Shown here in pieces: positions 1-10,391 of a stretch of 64,000 nt of DNA. Made by a program: the position numbers and the translations under genes. Source of the DNA: Spirulina sp. (lineage in GTDB: Bacteria; Cyanobacteriota; Cyanobacteriia; Phormidesmidales; Phormidesmidaceae); NCBI GenBank assembly GCA_044070495.1, contig JBIPSI010000010.1, forward strand, positions 64,001 through 128,000, in the 5' to 3' direction. The notes below the pieces were generated by a model, which had not been told where the DNA came from, made no database searches, and was given only the letters and a program-made list of their open reading frames with translations. Numbering within the stretch: position 1 is the first letter of the stretch; every line of letters begins with the position of its first letter.

Positions 1-323
1 CCGATGCCGCCACGCGCACCCGGATTGGCGATGTCAACGGTCAGTCCTTCCAGATTGGGGTGGCCTTCCCCAACCTGTTTAGGGAAGGAGCCTTGGGAAC
101 GGTATCCTACCTGATTCCCTACGATGTCACTGGGGGGCGGCAGTTCCTCGTGGCTGGCGGCGGCGATGGCGGCACTCAGCAGGAGGTGGAGGTGTCCTAC
201 CGCTACCCCCTCAACCGCAACATCGCGATCATGCCCTCCGCCTACTGGATCATGAACGCCAACAACTTTGGCAGCAACCCCGACATCTTCCTGTTTAACC
301 TCCAGGCTCAGATGTCTTTCTAG
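1..323 (+). CDS. Carbohydrate-selective/iron-uptake porin (OprB-like), C-terminal part; 5' end outside the window
   Basis: EVSYRYPLNRNIAIMP motif, alternating beta-strand pattern and C-terminal Phe typical of cyanobacterial SLH-OprB porins. Confidence 0.7.
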   Translation, partial: DAATRTRIGDVNGQSFQIGVAFPNLFREGALGTVSYLIPYDVTGGRQFLVAGGGDGGTQQEVEVSYRYPLNRNIAIMPSAYWIMNANNFGSNPDIFLFNLQAQMSF

Positions 324-388
324 GGTCTGTCTGTCTAGGATCTTAGTGATCTTGCGACCTTAAACCATCGATTGCGTCTCCTAAATTC

Positions 389-416
389 CCCCACTGGCCT
401 AGGTCGGTGGGGTTTC
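389..416 (+). terminator. Probable intrinsic terminator after the porin gene
   Basis: Hairpin CCCCACTGGCCT-AGGTCGGTGGGG followed by TTTC. Confidence 0.5.
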
Positions 417-469
417 TCATGGCAGACTGAGGACAGCGTTCCAGGGCACGAATACGTTCCAGGGTATGG

Positions 470-1045
470 ATGATGACCAATCCCCCCGCTTTACTGTTGA
501 TTGACATTCAGCAAGGGTTAGACGATCCCCGCTGGGGCAGCCGCAATAACCCGATGGCTGAGATGAACATCGCCCTCTTACTGCGGGCCTGGCGCAACCA
601 GCGATACCCCGTCATCCATGTGCGCCACTGTTCCACCGATCCCGACTCTCCCCTGCGACCGGGGCAACCGGGCAATGCCCTCAAGCCCTGTGCTCAGCCC
701 CAGGCGGGCGAACCCGAATTTACCAAAACCGTGAACAGCGCCTTCATTGGCACCAACCTAGAGACCTACCTGCGCGAACAGAGCATTTCAGCCCTAGTGG
801 TGGTAGGGCTGACCACCGACCACTGTGTTTCCACCTCGGTGCGCATGGCCGCCAATTTGGGCTTTGAGGTTACCGTAGTGGCCGATGCCACCGCCACCTT
901 CGACCGCAGGGGCATCGACGGCACCCACTACGATGCCGACACCATGCATCAGGTCAACCTCGCCAGCCTCCAGAACGAGTTCTGCCGCGTCCAATCCACC
1001 AACCACACCTTGGCAGACCTGGCTGGGGGGCGCAACTTCAGCTAG
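470..1045 (+). CDS. Isochorismatase-family cysteine hydrolase
   Basis: LLLIDIQQG, KTVNSAF and GLTTDHCVSTSVR supply the D-K-C catalytic triad. Confidence 0.9.
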   Translation: MMTNPPALLLIDIQQGLDDPRWGSRNNPMAEMNIALLLRAWRNQRYPVIHVRHCSTDPDSPLRPGQPGNALKPCAQPQAGEPEFTKTVNSAFIGTNLETYLREQSISALVVVGLTTDHCVSTSVRMAANLGFEVTVVADATATFDRRGIDGTHYDADTMHQVNLASLQNEFCRVQSTNHTLADLAGGRNFS

Positions 1046-1079
1046 TTCCCTAAACCAAGGCATTTAGAGATAACACGCT

Positions 1080-2591
1080 TTAGCGGATGTCGTAGCCAAA
1101 CAGGTTAGGATTCACATCGCCCAAGTTCAGATCCCCCAGGCCATACTCGGCCCAGCGACGATCCACCAGGGCGGCGGTGTCGGGATCAGGGACGAGTTCA
1201 GGACTCCAGGGGCGGTCGGTTTCGGGGTAGACCTTGGTGGTGGCGTCAATGCCCATGCGGCTACCCAGGCCGGGGCGTTCGGTGGCAAAGTCTAATTTGT
1301 CGAAGGGGTTATTGGGCAGAATGAACACATCCCTCACCGGGTCTACCTTGGAGGTCACAGCCCACATCACCTGACGCGGATCGCGAATGTTGATCGACTC
1401 ATCCACCACAATCACAAACTTGGTGTAGTTGAACTGGGGCAGGGCCGACCAAAAGGCTAGGGCCGCTCGCTTGGCTTGGCCAGGGTAGGTTTTCTCGATG
1501 GAGAGAACGGCAGCCTTGTAGCTCAGCCCTTCCATCGGCAAAAAGAAGTCCTTAATTTCCGGCACTTGCTGGCGCAGGATGGGGGTGTAGATGCGGTTGA
1601 GGGCGATGGCCATCATGGCATCTTCCTTGGGGGGCCGACCGCTGAAGGTGGTCATATAAATGGGATCTTTGCGGTGGGTGACGCAGTGGAAGCGCAGCAG
1701 CGGGGCCGCTTCATTGACGCCGCCGTAGTAGCCGATGTGGTCGCCAGCGGGGCCATCCACCGCCGTTTCCCCAGGGGTGATGGTACCTTCCAGGACGATT
1801 TCGGAGTCAGCAGGGACTTCGAGATCCACGGTTTTGCACTTGGCCAAGTGGACGCCCTTTCCGGCGTAGAGTCCGGCAAACAGCCATTCAGACAGGTCGA
1901 TGGGTAGAGGAGTTGCCGCCGCCAGGATCACCAGGGGATCGACACCGATGGCGATGGCCACCTCCAGCTTTTTGCCCATCTCCGCCGCCTTTCGCAGGTG
2001 CCGACTACAGCCCCGCACCGACAGCCACTGCACCGTCATGGTGTTTTTCGATTGCAGTTGCAGGCGGTACACCCCCACGTTGGGAATGCCGCTCTCCGGG
2101 TCTTTGGTAATCATCAGGCCCAGGGTCAACACCTTGCCCGCGTCGCCGGGATAGACATGAAGCATCGGAATTTGGGTCAGATCCACCGCCTCATCCTTCA
2201 GCACCATCTGCTGACAGGGGGGCAGCAAATCTCGCATCGGCTTGGCCTTCACCACGTCAAACAGCGCCTTGCCCAACTCCACCGCCTGGGAGACCGTCTT
2301 GGGCGGGCGGGGCTGATACAGCAGGGCCAGCTTATCGCCGAGGGATTCTAATTCCTGGGGATGATCCATATTCATCGCCCAGCAAACCCGCTCCACGGTG
2401 CCCAAAACGTTGATGGCCAGGGGCATGGAGGCTCCCTTCACATTCTCAAACAGCAGGGCAGGCCCACCGCTTAGCAAGAGGCGATTGGCAATTTCCGACA
2501 CCTCTAAATACGGATCCACCGGGGTGGTAATGCGCCGCAACTGTCCCCGATCTTCCAGGAGCGATAGGAATTGCCGTAGGTCTCTAGCCAT
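1080..2591 (-). CDS. ubiD: UbiD-family prFMN-dependent decarboxylase
   Basis: MARDLRQFL start; NVGVYRLQ, EIVLEG, GRPPKED, DPVRD and MGIDATTK motifs. Confidence 0.9.
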   Translation of the reverse strand: MARDLRQFLSLLEDRGQLRRITTPVDPYLEVSEIANRLLLSGGPALLFENVKGASMPLAINVLGTVERVCWAMNMDHPQELESLGDKLALLYQPRPPKTVSQAVELGKALFDVVKAKPMRDLLPPCQQMVLKDEAVDLTQIPMLHVYPGDAGKVLTLGLMITKDPESGIPNVGVYRLQLQSKNTMTVQWLSVRGCSRHLRKAAEMGKKLEVAIAIGVDPLVILAAATPLPIDLSEWLFAGLYAGKGVHLAKCKTVDLEVPADSEIVLEGTITPGETAVDGPAGDHIGYYGGVNEAAPLLRFHCVTHRKDPIYMTTFSGRPPKEDAMMAIALNRIYTPILRQQVPEIKDFFLPMEGLSYKAAVLSIEKTYPGQAKRAALAFWSALPQFNYTKFVIVVDESINIRDPRQVMWAVTSKVDPVRDVFILPNNPFDKLDFATERPGLGSRMGIDATTKVYPETDRPWSPELVPDPDTAALVDRRWAEYGLGDLNLGDVNPNLFGYDIR

Positions 2592-2731
2592 TGTGAACAA
2601 CTGTGAAGGGCCATGTTCATTATGGCGGACGGTGGGAGCCAGCGGGTATGCCTCGGCGTCATGTGTGCTCTATCACCCAAGGGGCAGCGGCCCAGGTGAT
2701 ACAACTAAAGGTGAGTAATCCCAATGGCCCC

Positions 2732-3310
2732 ATGGTACGTGTGCTGCCTCGATTGTCCGTTTTTGCCCTGCTCCTAGCGATGGCCCCCCTCGCCGCCTGT
2801 AGTAATCGACTAGATGTGCCTACGGTGGAAGCCACCATCAAAGCCGATATCGAACGGCAGGGGCGGCGGTTGGCCCTGCGAGAGGTGCGCTGCCCTGGGG
2901 AGGTAACCCGACAGGCTGGGGCTTTTTTCCGCTGTGTGGGGGAACTTGATCCTGAGGGCACGTTTACCATCAATGTCACCCAACAGGATGATCGGGGTAC
3001 CGTCACCTGGGATGTCCCAAACTCTAAAGCTCTGCTAAATCTGGCCAAGGTGGAAGCCGGGATTCAGCAGGGGCTTTCCGAGGCCCTAGGGCAACGGGCG
3101 CTGATCGACTGTGGCGAGGCCATGTATCGGGTCAACCAACCGGGGGATCGGTTTGAATGTCGGGTGATTGGCGGCCTGGTGGATGGGGCAGATACCATTA
3201 ACACCGTACTGGTCACCGTCGATGCCACGGGCAACCTCGACTGGCAGGAAGTACGCGCCACCGATACCACCGATGCCCTCACGCCCTCACCCCCCGCCAA
3301 CGACGGTTAA
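2732..3310 (+). CDS. Lipoprotein with two Cys-paired domains (DUF4333-like)
   Basis: Signal peptide with lipobox LAAC; repeated VxCP...GxxFxC pattern; start taken at ATG 2732. Confidence 0.65.
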   Translation: MVRVLPRLSVFALLLAMAPLAACSNRLDVPTVEATIKADIERQGRRLALREVRCPGEVTRQAGAFFRCVGELDPEGTFTINVTQQDDRGTVTWDVPNSKALLNLAKVEAGIQQGLSEALGQRALIDCGEAMYRVNQPGDRFECRVIGGLVDGADTINTVLVTVDATGNLDWQEVRATDTTDALTPSPPANDG

Positions 3311-3532
3311 TCCATCGCTTCAGAACAGCCGGATATGGGAAGAAAGACGACTCAAAGAACCTCACGTAGGGTTGGCAATGCCCACCTAATCCGAAGCTAA
3401 GGCACACCTTCCCTACCCAACACAGGCGAGGCCCTAGCAAGGATTGGCCCTCGGCAAAAGTGCTGTACACCCTAGCGCCAACCGCAAAGCTAAATTCTTT
3501 CTGTGGAAGAGCGGTCGGCTTTATGAACGTCT

Positions 3533-3550
3533 GTTACAATGCGTAACATA
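3533..3550 (+). promoter_or_regulatory. HLR1-like (RpaB) direct repeat, also readable as palindrome TGTTAC-N5-GTAACA
   Basis: GTTACAAT-GC-GTAACATA versus consensus (G/T)TTACA(T/A)2-N2-(G/T)TTACA(T/A)2, one mismatch. Confidence 0.45.
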
Positions 3551-3595
3551 AAGGCACTCATAGACGTTCCCCATAAACATCGCTGTTAACCATCC

Positions 3596-3874
3596 ATGCT
3601 TTTTCTCATCCTGGCTATTGTGATTGCCCTAGTGGCCTGGTCACTCCGACTGATGGAGCAAGCCGTCAAAGGTCAGGAATTTTCCTTGATGCTGGCTGGT
3701 TTCCTGGTCGCTTCTTCCGCCGCTGCCATGATGGCTGTGTATTTTCTGATGGGCAACTACATGGTCTACCTCAACCAAAACCCCATCTCCGCCGCTCGCC
3801 TAGACTATATTTCCACCGCCTTTGTAGATGGGGATAGCAGCCTTCCCCCCACCTGGTTGGTCAAGGCTGATTAG
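3596..3874 (+). CDS. Small membrane protein with two hydrophobic segments, function unknown
   Basis: ATG ORF in a gene-sized gap with two TM-like stretches. Confidence 0.7.
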   Translation: MLFLILAIVIALVAWSLRLMEQAVKGQEFSLMLAGFLVASSAAAMMAVYFLMGNYMVYLNQNPISAARLDYISTAFVDGDSSLPPTWLVKAD

Positions 3875-3893
3875 GTTAATTTTTTTGAGCGAT

Positions 3894-3920
3894 TTCTCAT
3901 AGAGACCGCTACGGGAACAG
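3894..3920 (-). repeat. 27-nt small dispersed repeat splitting a HIP1 octamer
   Basis: Minus strand reads GCG|CTGTTCCCGTAGCGGTCTCTATGAGAA|ATCGC; removing the insert restores GCGATCGC. Confidence 0.55.
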
Positions 3921-4141
3921 CGCTAATCCCAGCGTTGCTTCGTTGGATTCCAAGCATCAGCCAATGTTTCGGGCGATTGCTCAATACCTCTTACCATGAC
4001 TTGCCTTGAGCATCTGAGTTTCAGGATACGGTACCGTCACTTATTTAACCCATCGAAATCTTTCCTATCGAAAACCTCCGGCTCTTTTCTTGAATCAGAA
4101 AGGAAGCCGGAGTTTTTTTACAAGCCCCCTCTCCCCTTGGG

Positions 4142-4306
4142 CTGCCGCTTATACCCAGCCTGTTGTCGTGCCGTAAGTTCTCGGAGATCCCCCTAAATCC
4201 CTCTTGTAAAGGGGGACTTTGAATCCAGTTCCCCTCTTCACAAGGGGGGCTAGGGGGGATCACCCCTAGGAACGCAGCGGAATAGAGACTTGTGTATAAG
4301 CAGTAG
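4142..4306. mobile_element. MITE-like element with imperfect terminal inverted repeats and an internal palindromic unit
   Basis: Ends CTGCCGCTTATACCCAG / TTGTGTATAAGCAGTAG; inner GATCCCCCTAAATCCC...GGGCTAGGGGGGATC at 4186-4261. Confidence 0.55.
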
Positions 4307-4347
4307 ATCCTAAGGGGAGAGGGATTTGGGGTAAGGACAGCGCAACC

Positions 4348-6087
<1,740 letters not shown>

Positions 6088-6100
6088 CTACGGGGGAGAC

Positions 6101-6412
6101 TTAACCCAAAGCGGCGAGGATGTCGGACTCGCGCAGGAGCACGTAGTCGTCGCTGCCGAGTTTGATGTCGGTGCCTGCATACTTGGAGTAGAGCACCTTG
6201 TCGCCTACCTTCACTTCGATGGCTTGGTAGCTGCCATCATCGCTGCGCTTGCCGGGGCCAACTTGAATCACTTCGCCAACCTGGGGCTTTTCCTTGGCGG
6301 TGTCGGGTAGCAAAATGCCCCCAGCGGTTTTTTCTTCAGCTTCGCTCACCTTCACCAGGATGCGATCCCCCAGGGGCTTCACGGTGGACGCATTTAGGGT
6401 TACTGCGGCCAT
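6101..6412 (-). CDS. groES: Co-chaperonin GroES
   Basis: [35 protein letters not shown] before ATG 6412. Confidence 0.98.
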   Translation of the reverse strand: MAAVTLNASTVKPLGDRILVKVSEAEEKTAGGILLPDTAKEKPQVGEVIQVGPGKRSDDGSYQAIEVKVGDKVLYSKYAGTDIKLGSDDYVLLRESDILAALG

Positions 6413-6539
6413 AGTATTCCTCCATTCACTAACGACATAGAAGGCTGGAAATTCGCGACACCCAAGGGCCAGCCTGCAACGGTAAAGAACAGGTCTATGC
6501 CCCTGAACGGTCAAATTTCCTGGGAGGGTGCCCTATGTT

Positions 6540-6566
6540 TTAGCACTCTCACCACCTGAGTGCTAA
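6540..6566. promoter_or_regulatory. CIRCE element (HrcA operator)
   Basis: Perfect TTAGCACTC-N9-GAGTGCTAA upstream of groES. Confidence 0.97.
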
Positions 6567-6593
6567 TTTATCCGGCCATCCCAGCTTCGACAA
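6565..6593 (-). promoter_or_regulatory. Probable groESL sigma70-type promoter
   Basis: Minus strand TTGTCG-N17-TAAATT, with the -10 overlapping CIRCE. Confidence 0.6.
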
Positions 6594-6604
6594 TTCTCTG
6601 CCAG

Positions 6605-6620
6605 GTGTGGTTTGCCGAAC
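6605..6620 (-). promoter_or_regulatory. K-box heat/light activation element of cyanobacterial groESL
   Basis: Minus strand GTTCGG-CAAA-CCACAC matches GTTCGG-NNAN-CCNNAC. Confidence 0.8.
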
Positions 6621-6720
6621 TTTTCCTTCCCAGGGGAAACCTCGATGCACTCATTGGCCAACGCGACACCGAGAAGAAACCCCTCCGGTATGATGGACTC
6701 AGCGTTTGGCACCCTGGGTT

Positions 6721-8007
6721 ATGAACGACGAACGATTTCAGCGGTACGTAGCCACTTATCGCAACCTCAACCTATTTCCGCTGCTCGACTCGGAAGAAAT
6801 TGAGCGGTTTCGCATCACCCACAGCCCAGAAACCCTTGCCCGTCTACGTAGCGCCATTGTGGCCAGCGAGGTCAACGGTAAGTTGATCTTCACGGGCCAT
6901 GTGGGCTGCGGTAAAACCACGTTGCTCAACGAGCTAGCCCTAGAAGTACGCAAGCGAGGGCTATTTGTTGAGTTTTTCTCCATTGCCAAAATGGTGGAGA
7001 TGTCAGATGTTAACCACATCAATATTCTCTATTCGGTGGCTCTGCGGTTACTGCGGCGGGCGGTTCGCAGTGAGGTTCCTATTCCTGAGGCCACTCAAGA
7101 GAGTCTTAAAGCCTGGTTCACCCAAACCAAGTCTCTCACCTATACTGACCAATTAAGAAAAGAAGTGGGTCTTGGCGGTGATTTTTTCAAAATATTCACC
7201 ACTAAACTGCAAAAAGAAGACTCTTTTCGGGAGGAAATTAAGGAAACCTACGAACGTCGGGTTTCAGACTTAACGCAGCATATTGATCAGATCGCTGCTG
7301 CTATTCAAACCTATACCGGCAAAGAAGTATTAGTCATTATCGACGACCTAGATAAGCTTGAGTTACCAATAGTAGAATCGATTTTTCGAGATAACATCAA
7401 CGCCCTATTTTCACCTCGAATTCGTATTCTGTTCACTATTCCCATTGCAGTAGTACGAGAACCGGAAATTAGAAAGCTTTGGGAAGGGCAAAATTCGACG
7501 TTATTTTTGCTGTCTGTCACCAAATTCTATAGCCGCGATGCCTCTCATCAGCCCAATGCTCAACCCATTGAGGCGAATGTGGCACGGTTGCAAAGTATTT
7601 TGGAACGGCGCATTGAAGCTGACCTTGTTGAACCGCAAGTATTACGGCAAATGGTGTTGCTTAGCGGCGGTGTATTGCGAGAGCTGGTGCGCCTAGGACA
7701 GGAATGTTGCCGCGAATGTATGCTGCGCCTGGAGATGGATGACAGCGCAGGCGACGTCAAAATTGACCAGGACATTTTAGAAGCCGCTGTGCGAGAACTT
7801 CGTAAGCAGTACGCCCGATCTCTCGGCAACGATCTCTACGAACTTTTGCGGCAAACCTACGAAGCCTTTACACCCCCCGATATTAGCGATCCAAAGTTTC
7901 TAAAGCTCCTCCACGGGCTGTATGTGTTGGAATATGAAAACGACGACCTTTGGTACGACCTTCATCCCCTCGTTACCGACCTGCTCAAACGTAAAAATCT
8001 AATCTAA
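6721..8007 (+). CDS. P-loop ATPase, STAND/KAP-like
   Basis: Walker A GHVGCGKT, Walker B VLVIIDDLDK, SGGVLRELV, C-terminal LEY...WYDLHPLV; start taken at ATG 6721. Confidence 0.85.
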   Translation: MNDERFQRYVATYRNLNLFPLLDSEEIERFRITHSPETLARLRSAIVASEVNGKLIFTGHVGCGKTTLLNELALEVRKRGLFVEFFSIAKMVEMSDVNHINILYSVALRLLRRAVRSEVPIPEATQESLKAWFTQTKSLTYTDQLRKEVGLGGDFFKIFTTKLQKEDSFREEIKETYERRVSDLTQHIDQIAAAIQTYTGKEVLVIIDDLDKLELPIVESIFRDNINALFSPRIRILFTIPIAVVREPEIRKLWEGQNSTLFLLSVTKFYSRDASHQPNAQPIEANVARLQSILERRIEADLVEPQVLRQMVLLSGGVLRELVRLGQECCRECMLRLEMDDSAGDVKIDQDILEAAVRELRKQYARSLGNDLYELLRQTYEAFTPPDISDPKFLKLLHGLYVLEYENDDLWYDLHPLVTDLLKRKNLI

Positions 8008-8012
8008 CCCCC

Positions 8013-8045
8013 AGATCCCAGGGTTTTTCGAGAACCCTGGGATCT
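8013..8045. repeat. Palindromic hairpin between the ATPase and TPR genes
   Basis: AGATCCCAGGGTT-TTTCGAG-AACCCTGGGATCT, 13-bp perfect stem. Confidence 0.7.
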
Positions 8046-8064
8046 ATTCTTCCTAGCGATCTCC

Positions 8065-10029
8065 ATGTCTGTAGACCTTTCACCGCTAAACCGTCGTGCG
8101 TATCGTAAGCTGCTGTTGGCGATGACCCTAGAGGCCCAGCGGCTAGAGTTGCTGCTGGCGATTACCGATGATCGCAACCTGCAAGACCAGATCATCACCG
8201 CCTACGAAGCGGAACTGAAGGCCCAGGGCATGACGCCGTTGCGGGTGCGGCTAGACCCCAAACGCCCCAGCCTCCGCGCCGCCCTGCAAGACCTGACTGA
8301 CCAAACCCCAGCCCTGCAAAGCGGGGAACCCGTGGTGGTGACGGTGCTGAATGCTGGGGAACTGCTGGGGGTGCGGCTGACGGACGAAAAATCTGAGCAG
8401 GAGAAGTTTTTCTTTTCGCTGCAATGGACGCGGGAGGCGTTGCAGGCCTTTGCGTTCCCGATTGTGCTGTGGTTGCCCGATGCCATTGCCACCCGCCTAG
8501 CCCAGCAAGCCCCCGACTTTTGGAGCTGGCGCGGCGGTGTGTTTGAGTTTACCCCCGAAGCCCGCCCCATCCCCGAAGGTCAACCCGATGGCCAATTTCT
8601 GAGGCCCCTGCCCCTGCCCACGGAGGAACGGCCCCAAAGCACCATCCCCATCGCCGACCTAGAACACCAAATTGCTCAACTAGAAGCCACCGCCCCCGAT
8701 TCGCCCCTACTGATTACCCTCTACAACAATTTGGGAGAGTTTCACGCTAATCAGTACGCCTACCAACCCGCCCTAGAAGCCTACGAAAAAGCCCTCACCC
8801 TAGCCATCAGCAGAGCCGATATTCCGGGACAAGCTCGGTCTTTGTTCAACCTAGGTGATGCACTGAGGAAATGTGGGCGACCGTTGCAAGCAGTGGACTA
8901 TTACCAGCAAGCGTTGGCTCAGTATCAGCAGTTGGGTAATCGCCAGGGTGAAGGAGGGATCCTGAATCAATTAGGTAATACGTACTTTCAATTAAGCCAG
9001 TACCGCGAGGCGATTAAGTCCCATCAGCAATCTTTAGCCATTAAGCAGGAAATTAGCGACCGACATGGTGAGGGGAATGCCCTGGGGAATCTGGGCAATG
9101 CGTACCGTCTTCTGGGCCAGTACCGCGAGGCGATTGAGTTCTATCAGCAATCTTTAGCCCTCCAGCGGGAGATTGGCGACCGCCAGGGCGAGGGGAGTAC
9201 CCTAGGCAATCTGGGCAATGTGTACGATTCCCTGGGCCAGTACCGCGAGGCAATTGAGTTCTATCAGCAATCTTTAGCCATTGCGCAGGAGATTGGTGAT
9301 CGCCAGGGAGAGGGAAATGCCTTGGGCAATCTGGGCATTGCGTACGATGCTCTGGGCCAGTACCGCGAAGCGATTGAATTCCATCAGCAATCTTTAGCCA
9401 TTGCGCGGGAGATTGATGATCGCCAGGGAGAGGGAAATGCCTTGGGCAATCTGGGCCTTGCGTATGATGCTCTGGGCCAGTATCGCGAGGCGATTGAATT
9501 CCATCAGCAATCTTTAGCTATTTTTCAGGAAATTGGAGATCGCGGTGGCGAAGCAGGTTCTCTATGTAACCTCGGACTATGTCTTTATTACCTGGGCGAA
9601 TATCAGATCGCTATGAAGCATTTTCAGCAAGGCGCGACTATTGCCCATGAAATTGGCCAACGACTTTTTGAAGCTAATTCCTTATTGAACCTGGGTAATG
9701 CCCTGGCTAGGGTGGATGAAAAATGGCAGGCCCGCCAAGCCTATGAAGCCGCACGGACGCTATTCCAAGACATGGGGCTAGAGAAAGAAGTCAAAAAGTG
9801 TGATGAGGCGCTTTACAACCTAGGGCAAAAGGTGGTGGTGCAACCCAAGCCAGCCCCTACCATTGGCGCACCCAAGCCCCAACAGCCAGATTGGCTAGAA
9901 AAATCTATGCCCACCGTGGAAAGCGGGGCACCTGAGAACCGGGCGGGGCGTTTGGGGCGGGTGCCGTGGGTGGTGTGGTTTTTGGTGGGGTTGGGGTTGG
10001 CAGGGCTGCTGTGGTGGCTGGTACGGTAG
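8065..10029 (+). CDS. TPR protein with a degenerate NTPase-like N-domain and a C-terminal TM anchor
   Basis: IVLWLP...APDFWSWR N-domain, 40-aa TPR units, C-terminal WVVWFLVGLGLAGLLWWLVR. Confidence 0.85.
   Translation: MSVDLSPLNRRAYRKLLLAMTLEAQRLELLLAITDDRNLQDQIITAYEAELKAQGMTPLRVRLDPKRPSLRAALQDLTDQTPALQSGEPVVVTVLNAGELLGVRLTDEKSEQEKFFFSLQWTREALQAFAFPIVLWLPDAIATRLAQQAPDFWSWRGGVFEFTPEARPIPEGQPDGQFLRPLPLPTEERPQSTIPIADLEHQIAQLEATAPDSPLLITLYNNLGEFHANQYAYQPALEAYEKALTLAISRADIPGQARSLFNLGDALRKCGRPLQAVDYYQQALAQYQQLGNRQGEGGILNQLGNTYFQLSQYREAIKSHQQSLAIKQEISDRHGEGNALGNLGNAYRLLGQYREAIEFYQQSLALQREIGDRQGEGSTLGNLGNVYDSLGQYREAIEFYQQSLAIAQEIGDRQGEGNALGNLGIAYDALGQYREAIEFHQQSLAIAREIDDRQGEGNALGNLGLAYDALGQYREAIEFHQQSLAIFQEIGDRGGEAGSLCNLGLCLYYLGEYQIAMKHFQQGATIAHEIGQRLFEANSLLNLGNALARVDEKWQARQAYEAARTLFQDMGLEKEVKKCDEALYNLGQKVVVQPKPAPTIGAPKPQQPDWLEKSMPTVESGAPENRAGRLGRVPWVVWFLVGLGLAGLLWWLVR
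8941..9600 (+). repeat. Tandem 120-bp coding repeats (TPR units)
   Basis: TA(C/T)CGCGA(G/A)GC(G/A)ATT...ATCAGCAATCTTTAGC recurs at 9001, 9121, 9241, 9361 and 9481. Confidence 0.95.
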
Positions 10030-10391
10030 GGGTGGTTGGCTGTGTTCCTTCCTCTGGCCAAGCGCCCTAGCCAAATATCCACAATTCCCCACATCGGCCA
10101 GGGGGTTGGGGCGGGTTGCCAGACACGATGGGGGCTTAATCCGGCTATGCTAGATAAGCTTTGCGTAAAAATCCCCTCGTTATCCTGGCCTATTCCAAGA
10201 AGGGGCTAGGGGTTTTACAATAGTTCATACTAGGCGTTGTTACCGCAGCCTCACCCAAGACTCGTCGTCATGCTCGCGTGATAGAGAACCCTCTTGTACA
10301 TGGCTACCAGGGCAACCCAGAACCCGTCTGAGTCACCCTGATCAGGTGGTCGCCAGCGGCTTGTCGCACAGAATCCGGAGAAGCAGTTATT

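Noticed and set aside
8941..9600. Regular repeats as a CRISPR array or DGR variable region
   Set aside because: Units are in-frame 120-nt coding repeats without unique spacers; no cas or reverse transcriptase gene and no adenine-specific template pair
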